From: Fonticula alba ATCC 38817
Lineage: Eukaryota > Protista > Nucleariida
Assembly (NCBI GenBank): GCA_000388065.2
Contig: KB932206.1
Length of the DNA stretch: 64,000 bases
Direction: 5' to 3' (one strand)
Shown: piece by piece, positions 1 through 12,695 of the stretch
Layout: each line of letters starts with the position of its first letter
Position numbering within the stretch: the first letter of the stretch is position 1
The notes under the pieces: generated by a model
Database searches by the model: none
Seen by the model: only the letters and a program-made list of their open reading frames with translations
Told to the model about the DNA's origin: nothing
Translations under genes and position numbers: made by a program

Positions 1-2363
1 TGGATGTGTCCCACCGATGGTGGCACTCCCCCCGCGAACTCGACGCGGCGCACGCGCGGGGCCCACACCCTCCCCCCCCCACCAGGCCCTCTTCTCGACC
101 GGATGTCCAGCCGCCGCGCGGGCACACAAGAGCGCATGCACGCACGCACGCACGCACACGCGCGAATGCCACAGCCCCACCCCCCGGACCCCGCAGCACC
201 CCGCCCGCCCGACTCCAGGCCCCCAACAAGCCGACCAGCCCGCCGGCCGAATGCGCACGCACACCCCCCGACACACACACGTGGACGCACACGCACACCC
301 ACCCGCACTCGCATGCATGCATGCATGCATGCGCGCGTGCAAATGCACACACATGCCAAAAGGCGCAAGCCATCTGTGAGTCCCCCTCCCCCTCTGACCG
401 GCTGACGGGCACGCTCCGCCGCACGGCTCGCGCGCCCTGCTCCCCGGCACTCGGCCCCCCGCCGTCCATCCTCCCAGGACTCCACCTCGCGACAGAGCCC
501 CCGCAAGCCCCTGGACACTGGCCACACGTGGACAGCCATGCGGATCTCGTGCACCACACACCCCGGGGCACGGACAGCCGGGCACAACCAACGACGCTCC
601 CTCTCGGATCGCGCCGCCTCCGCCCGACGCAGACGCCTATCTCCCCGGTGGACGTGCATCCCGAAGAGCCCACCTCTCTCCCTGCGGCCGCCAAGCACAC
701 GCCCACGTCCACACCCGCACAAGCGCACACACACACACCGACACACATGCAGGGGGGGCCGCCCCCTCCACATAGGGCGCGCGGGCGTATCCAGTGCGCA
801 GACCTCCCCGGCGCCGGGACACCGGGCCCTGGAGCTCCGCGGAGACCGAGAACCGGAAACCGCGGCGGCTTGACACGGATCCACACACCCCAGGCGCCGG
901 CTGCACCCGGAAAGCGCGACGCCGAGACCCCGCCCCGCCCCCCCCCCGAAAAAGGGGGGGGGGGCAGGAGGAGGACCGGCGCGCGCACCGGGACACAAGA
1001 AAGCCAAGAACCCAGTGAGGTCGGACCCGGCGCCCCGGACACCGAGGAGGCTTTGGGCAGCAGAGGACACGCGCGCGCGCGCCCGCGGAGTGTGCGGGGC
1101 AGAGTCCCTGCATGCGTGATGATGTGCGCTTGCGCGCTTGTGCTTGTGCGGAGATGCAGACAGGCCGGCGAGCACGCAGGGAAACAGGTGTGCCAAGAAG
1201 CACGCCCACCGGGGAAGGGCAGACTGCCGGGCAATGGCGACGGGCAGGAGAGGGGCGCCATTGGCCGTGGTTCCCCCGGAGCCCATGCGCACCGGTGGTG
1301 TGCGTGTGTGTGGAGCACAAGACCGATGGCAGTGTGACACAGCATCAAGAAGCCGAAGCAGCGGAGAAGCAACGAGGAGGAGAGAAAGGAAGGAAGACAG
1401 GGGAGAGGGAGGAGCAGGGCAGGACGAGCCGAGGAGAGAATACACGCCAGCCGGCGCAGGGGGGGGAAGGGCAGATGGCAAGCAGGCAGGCAAGCACATT
1501 TTCACACACACACACACGCACGCACACCGAGAGAGCGAGCGAGCGCGCGCGCACGCGAGCCACGCGTACGAGAGGCACACAAGCACACACGGCCAACGGC
1601 CAGACGACCAGGACGCCGGAGAAGGGGAAGAGCAAGGGAGGCACGAGAAAAAACCCGAGGGGCTGATGAGGGGCCAGCACGCGCGCGCGCGCGCGGTGGC
1701 GCGCACACACAGACGCACAAGTGTACACACGGGCGCGCACACACAACCATGCTGGGCTCACCCCCCTCCGAGGAGGGAAATGGGCTCACACACACGGCGG
1801 CCATGGCGGACAACGACCGGAGAAGAGGAGCACAGGCAGTTTGGGATGGAGGGCAGAGAGGCATTGGCGACGACGCGAAGGAGGGGGGAGGGTCGGCGGG
1901 CGGCAGAAAGGGGGGAGTCGAGGTGTCAAGCCAAACTCCTATGCTCGGCCCTCCGCACCGGGGACGGCAGCGAAGCGCCCCCCCCGGCGGCAGGCTTAAA
2001 TACACACGCGGCGCCGGGGCACACGCGCGGCAATGGGCGCCCTCAGAGGAATGGCATTCGCTCGGGGCCTGCTCTTCACGTGAGCGCCGATCACGCCGTG
2101 CGCTCAGGCGCCCGCCCGCCAGCCGTTCCTCCCGGCCCCCGGGCGCCGGCCGGCGGAAGCCACTTTGCCCGGCCGAGGCGGCGGCCGTGCTCGGGGACCG
2201 GGCTTTCGTGCCCTTGCGAGAGCCGGCGCCCGGGCGCTTTTCCCGTGTGCCGAGCGGGGGGGGGGGGGGGGGTCCCGGTCGAGAGGGCAGGCGCGGGTGT
2301 CCAGGGCCGGTGCGCGCATTTGCGCGCGCACCCGGAAGACACGCCAGCAGCCGGATGGTGCGA

Positions 2364-2365
<2 letters not shown>

Positions 2366-2421
<56 letters not shown>

Positions 2422-2461
2422 CCCCCCCCCCCCGCCCCCCCCCCCCCCCCCCCCCCCCCCC
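2366..2461. repeat. Near-pure poly-C tract (~96 nt, two interruptions)
   Basis: Read directly. It produces the spurious poly-Pro and poly-Gly ORFs at 1502-2762. Confidence 0.95.
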
Positions 2462-3267
2462 GCCGGGCTGCGCTTGCAGCCTGGCCCGGGGCAAAATGCG
2501 ACTAGCCGCGACGCCGGCCCTTCCATGCTGCTCGGGTTCCGGTCAAACGGCCAAAAAGGGGCCCGAGGGGTCGCGGCGGCGGCGGCGGCGGCGGCGGCCG
2601 GCAGGATGTCTGGGGCCCCGGGCATTCCGGATTAATCCGTCGGCCGTCGCCGGCCCACCTCCGGCACATCCTCTGTCACCCTTGGCGGCTATGTGTGTGG
2701 GTCTGTTGCAGGTATGTGGGGCAGGGGGGACTGCGCGCGCGCGCGCGCGCGGCGGTCGATGACAGATTCCGCTCCCCGGCCTCCTTTGGGAACAAACGGG
2801 CGATCACACATTGCCGGGGTGCCGCTCCACTCCGCCGCGCCGGCGTTGTGGCGTATCCCCCTCCTCCTCCCTTTTCCGACGCGCGGAGGGGAGAGGCGCG
2901 CTCCTCGGCCCCCGCTGGCGCGGCCAGCTTTTTCGGCGCATCACCCCGGCTGCCCGTCCGGGCCCGCAATGTAGACCACCCCCCCCCCTCCTCCCCCCCC
3001 TCGCCCCCTCCCCCCNNNNNNNNNNNNNNNNNNNNNNNNNNNNNNNNNNNNNNNNNNNNNNNNNNNNNNNNNNNNNNNNNNCGCCTCGTCTGTGTGCTCC
3101 CGCCTCCCCTTTTTTGCTCTCCCTCCCCCCCTCCCGGGCGTCCAAGACCGCTGCCCCCACCCGGCCCTCCTGCTCGGACTCCCCCTCTCCTTCGCTCCCC
3201 CCCCCCCCGCACCCCTGATCGGCGGTCGAGAGAGACACACTGCGCCACCCTGTCGCTCCCTTACTCA

Positions 3268-4715
3268 ATGAGTTCCAATTTCCCCGCTAGCGGACCTAGC
3301 AAACCGGGTGCGTCCAAGCCGCCCTTTCCCCGTCAACCCCGCTCTGGGGCGCCTGTTGACACGGGCCACTTACACGCATGCACGCACGCATGCACGCACG
3401 CACGCGCATTCCTCCCCCCTCCCCCCTCCCCCCCCCCGCTCTCTCCTTCCCTTTCGCGGTCACCAGCCATCCCCCTGGCCAGCTGTCCAAATGAATTTCC
3501 CGCCCTGCCACAAGTGAGCTCGGCCCCGCCTGGTGCGTCCGCGCCCATGCCTGTCCACCCTTGGGGGCTCCTTCTCGCGCTCTGACACGAGGTCCCCACC
3601 CGCCCTGCCCTTTCCCCCACCCCCATGTGCATGGCTCCTTCGCGCGCCGGCGCCTCTCCGGCCGCAGGCGGGCCGCGGGCCACCGGGAAAGATGACCTCC
3701 TCCGGGGCGACCCCTACAGCGTGTCGTCATCAGGCCTCGCGCACCATCCCCACCATGCCGCCCACCTCCCGCACCATGCCGCCCACCTCCCGCACCACGC
3801 CCATCACCCGCACCACCCGCATCACCCCGGCGCCGGGGGCCACATCTTGCCCGGCTCGGTCGGTGCCGCCACCTCCTCCTCCTCCACCTCCACCTCCAGC
3901 CCCTACGGCCTGATGGGGTTGCTCGATGTCCTTCAAATGAACAACGATGATGTCACCATCTGCGCCGTCGGGCTGGACCTGACCGACCTTGGCCTGGATC
4001 TCAACTCAAGAGAGTGCGCTCACATGCTCCGCCCAGACCGCGCGCCAGCCCCTCGGCCGCCATGCCGGCCCCTTCTCCCCCTCCCCCGGCCCTCTCACCG
4101 TCCCCCATCCCCCGGCGCCACCTCCCGCCCCTTCCCAGGCCCCTGTACTCCAATTTCTCCCCCTGGTTCGACAAGATCCCCATCGAGCCGGATTTCCGCC
4201 TGCCGGCATGCTACCAAATCCCCCTCACCCGGGAGGCCAGTGCCTCTGGATCGGACGCCCTCTCATCCGATGGCCATTCCCCGGCCAAGGACGACCCCGC
4301 TGCCCCCCGGCCAGTCAAGCCCCTGCTGGACATCATCCCCAACATCCTCGATGAGAGCAGCCTCTTCTACATCTTTTACGCCTTCCCCGGGGAGAAGGCC
4401 CAGATCGCCGCCGCGCAACGCCTGTGCGTCCGGGGCTTCCCCCCCCCCCTCTGCCGGCCACTCCTGCTCCCTTCTTTCTCCACTTTATGCCGACTGACTC
4501 CCCTCCCCTCCCGGCACAGCTACGATCTCAACTGGCGCTTCCACATTCTTCTCCAGCGCTGGATCACGCGCGACGCGCAGGACGTGCCCACCTCCAATGA
4601 CGAGCAGAGCGAGCAGTGCTTCTATCGCATCATGGAGCCGCCGCCCGTCCTGCAGGCCACTCGCTCGGAGCTGGTCGTGCAGTTCGACGCCATCGAGAAG
4701 CGCCGGAGCCTGTGA
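3268..4715 (+). CDS. CNOT2: CCR4-NOT complex subunit Not2 (NOT-box protein), 5 exons, ~310 aa
   Basis: Exons 3268-3307, 3467-3532, 3668-4013, 4139-4423 and 4520-4715 join in phase with GT..AG introns. NEFPALP motif plus Not2-type segments YGLMGLLDVLQM-NDDVTICAVGLDLTDLGLDLNS, LYSNFSPW and SSLFYIFYAFPGEKAQIAAAQRLYDLNWRFH. The two 5' exons are less certain. Confidence 0.85.
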
Positions 4716-6034
4716 CCCTCCGCGGTGGCCGCCGCACATTGCCCCCCGCCCCCCCCTCCCCTTCCTCGTCCCTGGGCCGAGTAGTAGACCCTGCCCACAC
4801 CCGGCCATGCACAGTTGCGCCGGCACCGTGTGTCGCACGGGTGCTCTCTCTCTCTCTCTTCCTCCCTCGACCCCTGCAATCCCCCCCCCCCTCTTGCTTG
4901 TTGAGAACCGGACGCGGGAGGGGAGCCGGGAGGGGGAAACCAGCTCCGCCAGGGGAGGGGGGACAACCGGGCGTGGTAAACCTGCACCACACCACCACCA
5001 CCACCACCCTGTCACCTTGCGGCCGGTCGCCACCTTCCAGATTGGCGTCTCGGCGCTGTGCCCGTGTTCCCCTCCGCCGCCCCTCCCTCCACCCTCTCCC
5101 CAACCGCCTTGGTGTCCTCTCCATTGGCAGATGAAACATCCATGTCCTTGCGAAAATATATATGCCCGTTCTGAATGGGGCACCGACCAGCGGTTCTCGT
5201 TGTCCAGGCGCGTGCTGGCGCTCCGGCAGTTGGGAATGATATTACGCCCTTCGGGTATTTCTCTGAGGGCGCGAGTTCGGTCCGTTGGCGAGACCACCCT
5301 CCCCCGGGCGCCCAATCGCCGAGGCCAGGCGGGAAGAAAGCTCGCCATTTATAAGGGCGTGCTCGGCCGGCCCACCGCCGGCAGGGCTCGGTCCTCCCCC
5401 CCGCGCCCTTCCCTCTAGCTCCCCCTCTTTTCCGCTCTTCCGCTCTTCCGCTCTTTTGCATAATCCCCCCCCGTTTGCCTGCCTCCCGCGCTCTCGTCGC
5501 CCACTGGACCGCCTGAATAATCGAACTTGCTGCGTCCCTCNNNNNNNNNNNNNNNNNNNNNNNNNNNNNNNNNNNNNNNNNNNNNNNNNNNNNNNNNNNN
5601 NNNNNNNNNNNNNNNNNNNNNNNNNNNNNNNNNNNNNNNNNNNNNNNNNNNNNNNNNNNNNNNNNNNNNNNNNNNNNNNNCCCCGCCCCACTCTCGCCCT
5701 CCTCCCTCGCTCCGGGGAGAAACCCCAGCAACATGTATCTTCTGATGAGGCTGTCAGCCCCGCGCTGGCGCCGTGTCTCATTGGCTCGAAATGTTGCGAG
5801 ATTACTTGATTATTACAATCATTCATCCCTGGCGTTCTTCTTGGGCCCGACATCCCTGTTGTCGCGTCCATCCCGCCACGGGGATGTGCAATCACCTCCC
5901 TCCGGGGGAGCCCCCCCCCCCCTCCTCGCACTTCTCCTGCCATCTTAAGAATTGAAAGTCCACACACACACACACACACACACACATGCATCGGGAAAAA
6001 GCACGGGCATCTATTGGAGGAGATACGCATGGTG

Positions 6035-6618
6035 CTATGACATCGCCGACCAGCACCGGATACGACTTGTTCCGGTGCTCACCAGCCAATCAGTTCCTTT
6101 GCGACATGAAAAAGCGGGGCGGGACGAGAGGAGGGCTCCGGCGTGGTTAGAGAGGCAGAGACAGACAGGCATACATACACACACACACACACAGGATACG
6201 ATTCACAAAGCAGAACCGATGTGGAAGACATGCACGCACCACCCCGGCGACCCTCATCGAGCGGGGCTGCCAAGCTCGACATCGCCGCCAGCTCGTCATC
6301 CTCCGAGTCGGCCCCTTCTTCCACGACGTCGCTGTCGAATGCATCCAGATCGCCCATGGTCGCCAGCGTTTCGCTACCCACGGGCACACCAGCGCCACCC
6401 CACAGCGGATCCTGCCCGGTCCAGACCAGGTCCCGCCGGCTGAAGCGCACCATTCGCTTGGCCGGGCTTTGGATGGAACTCCCGGCGCCAGCCGGCTGGC
6501 CACTTTGGGTGAAGATCATCTGTATGCTGGTGGCCTCCCGGCCGAGGGTGGCCCGGTGGACAAACTGCAGCAGGTCCTCGGGCGAGGGCGAGAAGGCCGA
6601 GCCGGAGTCTCCGCCCCT

Positions 6619-6668
<50 letters not shown>

Positions 6669-8276
6669 TACCACCACTGCCACCGGGCCCGGCCTCCAGG
6701 ACATCCACCAAGTGCACCAGCAGCCCATGCTCCGAGGGCGAGGGAACCCCCTCGATGAAGTGAGCCACCGCCTCATGGTCCAACGCATCGAGGCCCTCCT
6801 CGTCCAGGAGCATTGCCAGATCAGGCCCGCCCTGTGATTGGAGCGCGGTCTCCAGCAGGGCAAGCAGGCGCCCGGCCAGCGGGCATGTCCGACCGGGCAC
6901 CGCCGCTCCCGAGGGAGGCTGAATGCCCTGGGCTTCGGCCATAGCCGCCAGGCAGCCAGCCACGGCCGATGTGAGCCCCGTGTGCCAAGCCAGCGACTCG
7001 GTCGCCGCCACGGCCGCCAGCGTGGCCACATGGTTGTCGGCAGTGGCAAGCCCGGCCAGATCGGCCACCGACCGAGCCAGCACCAGCTCCACCGCTTCAT
7101 GCGCCGCCTGCCACACAAAGTTCAAGTGGCTCAGAGATGCCCCCTCGATTGGTCCGCCAGCCGACGCCTGCTCGGGCAGATCGGCCGCCAGGAAGCGCTC
7201 GCTCTCGCCCAGGAACCGGCAATAATCCCCGGATTCGAGGGCCCCCCGGCAGGCGGTGGCCAGATCGGCCCAGAGAGCCCGCGCCGGAGTCAGCCGGCAG
7301 GCCGCCGGCCCGGTGGACAATGCCCGCGCCAGCTCCAGCGCCAGTGCCAATGCCCGCCACCGATCCAATGCCAGATCCAGTGCGGCCGAGGCCCAGTCCA
7401 CGGCCAGGGTGTAGCTGACAACCGAGGCCAATGCCGACCGTGCCACTGCATGCGGGCCATCGGCACTGCTGGCCTTCGCGCCGCCGCCGCCGTCTCCGCT
7501 GCTGCTGCTGCTGCTGCTGCTGCCGCTGACATTGCCGCCGTCGCTGCTGCCACCGGCATTGATGGTGCTGCTGTCGGTGTTGCTGCTGTTGCCGCTGCTG
7601 CGTCCGGCGCCGGGGCCGATGCCAACCCCTTCCACCAACAGGAGCCACCCGCGACAGATGACCGATAGGAGCTCCAGCCGGCGGAACTGCAGTGGCCGGC
7701 GCGGGGAAGTCAGGCCCAATGTCCCGAGACAGGCAGCTGGCAAATGCGGCCCCTCATGGGCTGGGGTTGAAGGAGGGGGGGGGGGTTCCTCATGTCAGTG
7801 TCCTGATGGAAACATGCCTACGCGTTTGCATGGGCGAAGGGGCGGAGCGGAGCGGGGTGGGCGAGGAGGGAGACAAGTGCGATGTTTCCGCGCACCCTCC
7901 ATGAGCAGCCACAGGCAGTCGGCCGTCAATTTGGCGATGCCCAGGTCGATGAGACAAGTTAGGGGGTACGACCGGCAGTAGGCCAGGCGTGCGGAGAAGG
8001 AGGCAAGAGCCGCCGGCCGGCCGACTGACAGGCTGTCAAGTCGCAGCAGGCGGCTCGCAGACTCGGGAGCCAATGCGCGCAGCGCCCCGGCCAGGGTCGT
8101 GCGGTTATCAGGGCGGAGCTGAGGTTCCAGGCGAGCGGGAGAAAGGGGCAAGCGAGCGTGTCAGCATGGGCGACAGTAAGGCAGGCAAGGAGAGAGAGGG
8201 AGAGAGAGAGAGAAGGAGAAAGAAGGAAAATGAGGAAGGGCGGGAGTGAGCATAAGAGACACAGGTAAGGGAGGAC

Positions 8277-8328
<52 letters not shown>

Positions 8329-11106
8329 AGTCATCGCACGAAGCCACCCAGGAAGCCGGTGTCGGCACACTCACCCAGCCGATCGAGGATCTCCAGAAAG
8401 TCCTCCACGCCCCGTGCCTGCAGGCAGAGCTCCCACACATTGTCACAAAGGTCCAGGTTTGGTCGGGAGGTGGGCCAGACAACTGGACCCACATCGCGTG
8501 TGAGCTCAAAGTCCCCAGGAGCAAAGGATCCGGCCACCGGGTCGACATACGGCGGCCCGGGGTGCGCGACCCCGGTGCCGGGTGCTGGCAGCCTCTGGAG
8601 AAGGAAGGCCTTCTCCCGAGCCACGAGTGCACTTTGGGGAGTATCTACACGGGCAAGCGGATGAGCGTCAGAATGGATGAGCAAATCACTTCGATGTGTG
8701 TGTGCGTATGCATGTGTGCGTGCACGTATGCACACATGCAGGCATACACGTCTGCCCGCAAGGTCACGAACCAGGGAATAGACGATCCAGAAGGAGGCCA
8801 AAGGCCGGGACATCGGGAGGCCGGTGCCAAGTGCCACCGACTGGCGTGCCCTCCGATTGCTCGAGCTCCTGCTGCAGGAGCTCCCCCAGTCGGGCGAACT
8901 CCCGGCCCCAGAGCCGGGCCACCGGTGAGAGGGAGGGATCACTCCCGAAGGGGAGAATGCGCATGATCTACACCCCCCCAGGGAGCATGTCAGGGGCACC
9001 GTCAGGGACCGAACGAAAGGGGCTAAAGCTCACACGGGCAAGGGAAAGCAGCACATACGGTGGCCAGACGCGGCGGGACCCCATGCGTGCTGAGGTCCAC
9101 GCAAAATTGCCGGCGAAGGGCGCCAGTCAGGGCTACGTGCTCGCCGCTGAGCGGCAGGACCGGGGCATTGGCCATTGTCGACCTTGCTGAATCCCTCGAA
9201 CCCGCGGACCAGCTTTCGCGAATGGCTGGCCCAAGCCCCCGCAGGGAGAAGGGACTCGACACGGATTGCGTGATCCACTCGAGGCGGATGCTGACATTCG
9301 AGCCGACTGGCAGGCCGGGCTGGGTGGAAAGTTAGAGGCGGATGCCGGGCCGCGGGGGAGCCGCGAAAGGTCCCCCACCCCCCTCGGCGAACTGCACACA
9401 TGGCGCCCATACGCACCCGTGGAGTCAACGACCCGACCAGATCATACTGCGAGCACACGCCAATGCCGAGGTCCTGCACCAGGGCACCAGTGGCAGGGTG
9501 GGCAAGGGCCGCACGGCCGCAAGGGCAAACCAGTCAGTACCACGGATGGGCAGACCCAGGCCAAGGCAGGACCAGGCGAGCAGGACACACATCGGCCAGG
9601 AAGATCCCGGCCGCGCAAAGGCGCCGCACGAACCATGTGCTCCAGGGGAACAAAGCGATCGATGGCCGATCGCACGGCGCGCGCGCGCGCACCGGCCAAG
9701 GCCCGGAACTGCTGGGGGAGGTCCTCGGCCGGGAGTCCGAACAGCTGAGCGAAGCTGTCCAACGATAGGACCATGGCCGGGCGCCAGTTGACCAGTTCCA
9801 GGACGTCGGCGCGCCGCCCGGGAGGCCGGCCGGAGAGGCGCTGCGCCGAGAGCGTCACCCCAACTGGCAAGGCGCCCGGCCCGGGGGCCGAAGCACCCTC
9901 ACCATGGCCAGCGCGTAGCACCACCAAGGCCACGTCTTCGGCCAAGAGCGCGACCTCCCGGCGGCCGAGTGCCCGGACAATCCGCCCGAAGGACTGGGCC
10001 ACATAGCGCGAAAGGCTCGCCGAGCAGGGCGTGATCCCTTGGAGTTGGACCAGAGGCACGCTTTGGGAAAGGACACTGGTGCAGCCGGCCACCGGGGGCG
10101 TGGTGGCCGGGCCAAAGCCGGGGGCCGCCACGCCGGCCCCCGGCCCGGGCATGGGCCAGGGCGAGGCCGGCGCACGGGACCCCGCCCCGGGCCAATGCCC
10201 CTGTCTGACCCGCCGGCCGACAAGCCCCACCAGGGGCACCGTGCCCACCAGAGTCTGCCGATCGGAGGACGGCGCGATGGTGATGTCGGCCCTCTCCACG
10301 AGCCCGGCCCCGGGGGTGCCAGCCACGCGGATCAGGCACTCGGTGGAGTGCAGTGGAAAGCAGCGGGGCAGGCAATCGGCCTCCTCGGCCGCGGGGTCCT
10401 CGCCCGCCGGGTCCTCGGTCTCCAAGGGTCGGGCAGTGGTCCGGCCCATCTCCCCGCCGGTGCCCGTGTCAAAGACGGCCGTGGATCGAGCCTGGCGAGC
10501 CAGCTGCGAGGCCGCATCGGCATCCAGGTGTGCCTGGAGAACGTCCGCCGGGATGTCCGGCCCGGGGCGGCCCGGGCTGGCGCTGGTGGCCGAGGGCAGG
10601 TCCTCGGCAAACCCCGGCGGAGGCCCCAGCAGGAGGAAACACCCGTGCGGCTGGGGGCCCATGTCGGGTAGAGCGCCGAAATCCAGCCCCACGCTAGCCC
10701 CACCAAGCAGCTCCCCCAGCGGGGCCCAGCTGACTGACGGATTGAGGAAGACCACACGCAGGCCGGGCTCGGTCGAGTCGGCCCAAGCCAGATGGAACAC
10801 ACGTCCCGGGGAGGAAAAGGCCCCGGCAAAGGCCTCCTCGAGGGCCGCGTCCAGTGGCGACCGGGTGGTAGATTGTGAAACCGCGTCAGCAGGCATCGGC
10901 CCAGGAGCCGGCCCTGCCAGCGGCATGGCTGGCCGCATGCGCCGCGGGCTGGCCGGCCGGCTGGCCGACTGGCTGGCCGAGGCCTTATGCGCGGCCAGCG
11001 GCCGCACCGTCGGCCGGCGGTCACCCCGCACGCCACCAAGCAGCCGCATGGCCGACTCGGCAATGCTCGACAGGGCCCCGCGGCCACGCTCGCCGAGGCC
11101 GGACAT
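6035..11106 (-). CDS. ZWILCH: Zwilch-like RZZ kinetochore-corona subunit, 8 exons, ~1380 aa, with low-complexity insertions
   Basis: Exons 11106-9634, 9473-9417, 9319-9059, 8967-8768, 8688-8340, 8118-7896, 7760-6240 and 6096-6035 are in phase. Collinear blocks resemble remembered Zwilch: CSQYDLV~FAQYELF, SIRLEW~ALDISW, LWGREFARLGELL..GTW~LYRELKFLLVL..TEW, RPNLDLCDNVWEL~RSDLDFAEQLW, LRPDNRTTLA..PLTCLIDLGIAKLTADC~LHSGSNSLLS..PVQMLLEIGLDKLKKDY. Some junctions have alternatives. Confidence 0.65.
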
Positions 11107-12042
11107 GGGGCTGCGTCTGCCACGGAGAAGAAAAAAACCGGCGGGACACGGGAAAGGGAGAACCCGAGGGGCGGCGAGCAGAGAGGCGATGGCGCAGGCA
11201 AGGCAAGGAACGAGGGGGAAAGGGGGCGAAGGAAGGAAGGCAAGCCTGACCGAGGGGGGGGGGGGGGAAGAAGACGATCTGTGAGGAAAATCCCCTCTCA
11301 GGGCCCGGCTCGCTGGGAGCAGCCCTCCCGCCCCCGGCCTCGCCCAAATACCCGCCCAACATCTGCTGGCGCGGCCGGCCGGGGGCGCCCGGCTCCCCCG
11401 GGCCTGCGATTCAGCCTGCCCCCCTTGTCTGTGCGCGCGCACGTACGCCCGCCCGCGATCGGGTCGATCCCGTTTGCGGCCGGTCGGTGCCTCGCGAAAC
11501 AACGAATGCGGGTGCGGGGTATATTCGTTGGCAGCTGGCCGTGGGGGTCTAATTGCCAGTCGCCTGTGTTCCCCAGGCCGGGGGCCGGGGAGATCCCACA
11601 CGACGAGTGAGGGGAGAAAAGCAGGACGCAGCACAGAGGAGCACACAGGGGGGGNNNNNNNNNNNNNNNNNNNNNNNNNNNNNNNNNNNNNNNNNNNNNN
11701 NNNNNNNNNNNNNNNNNNNNNNNNNNNNNNNNNNNNNNNNNNNNNNNNNNNNNNNNNNNNNNNNNNNNNNNNNNNNNNNNNNNNNNNNNNNNNNNNNNNN
11801 NNNNNNNNNGGGGGGGCGGAAAAGTGTGTGTATGTACATGTGTGCGTGTGTGCATGCACAGCAGGGCGCGCGCGTGCGTGTATGGCGTGTGTGTACATGT
11901 ATATGGCGTGTGTACGTGTGCGTGCGTGCGTGCGTGCATGCAAAAGCCACAAAGGAGGCGGGAAGAAGGGACACAAGGAAGAGCAGAAGGGCGGAGTGGC
12001 GCGGAGCGCGTCTGCAGAGGGGGGGGGGGGGGGAGCAGGACG

Positions 12043-12664
12043 CTACTCGGAGACGGCTTGCTGGCTGGCCACCCGGCGCCGGGTGGTGGTCGCCTGGCCA
12101 TCGGCGGCCGAGGCGAAGCGCTGCACATCACCGCCATCGACGCCGGCCAGCGAGAAGGAGACCCCTCCGGCGGTGGCCTGGACCGCTGGCGCGGTGGCCA
12201 ACAGGTCCACGGAGGAGGAGTCCTCCCCATCATCCGAGGACAGGGACGAGGCATCCTGCCCGGAGATCGGTGCCGTGGCCGACAGATCCGGCATGGGGTC
12301 GGAGCTCCGACGGCACGGGCAGGCCCCGGGCCCGGCAGCCTGGCCAATGGCCTGGCCGAAGGACAGCCACTCGGCACTGGAATGGCCGTTGTAGATGTAC
12401 AGCCGCACCGAGGGCAAGTGCCGGCCATAGTACCGGGCGAAGTCATGCTCCATGCGCAGCTCATCGATGCCATAGAGGGCCAGCTCGCGACTGTTCTTGA
12501 TATCGGCGCTGGTGAACTGCCGGCACAGGCCGCTGCCATGGGTGTCGGACACCGGGAGCCTCGGCGAGGAAGGGGTCGACAGGGTGCTCAGCGACAGCGA
12601 AGGGGGAGTGGCCACCGGCGAGGCCACCGTCGAGGCGGCCGACCGCTCGCGCTGCTGCAGGTAG

Positions 12665-12695
<31 letters not shown>

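Noticed and set aside
1-3260. Many overlapping long ORFs (up to 455 aa)
   Set aside because: They are built from (CA)n, (GC)n, poly-C and purine tracts in GC-rich DNA with few stop codons. No domain motifs or coherent splice model.
5728-5797. Hammerhead-ribozyme-like arrangement: CTGATGA (5742-5748), GAAA (5788-5791) and a perfect GCAACAT/ATGTTGC stem
   Set aside because: The cleavage-site base would be G (must be A, C or U), only 6 nt remain for stem I, and stem II mismatches at its third pair. An Infernal hammerhead search would settle it.
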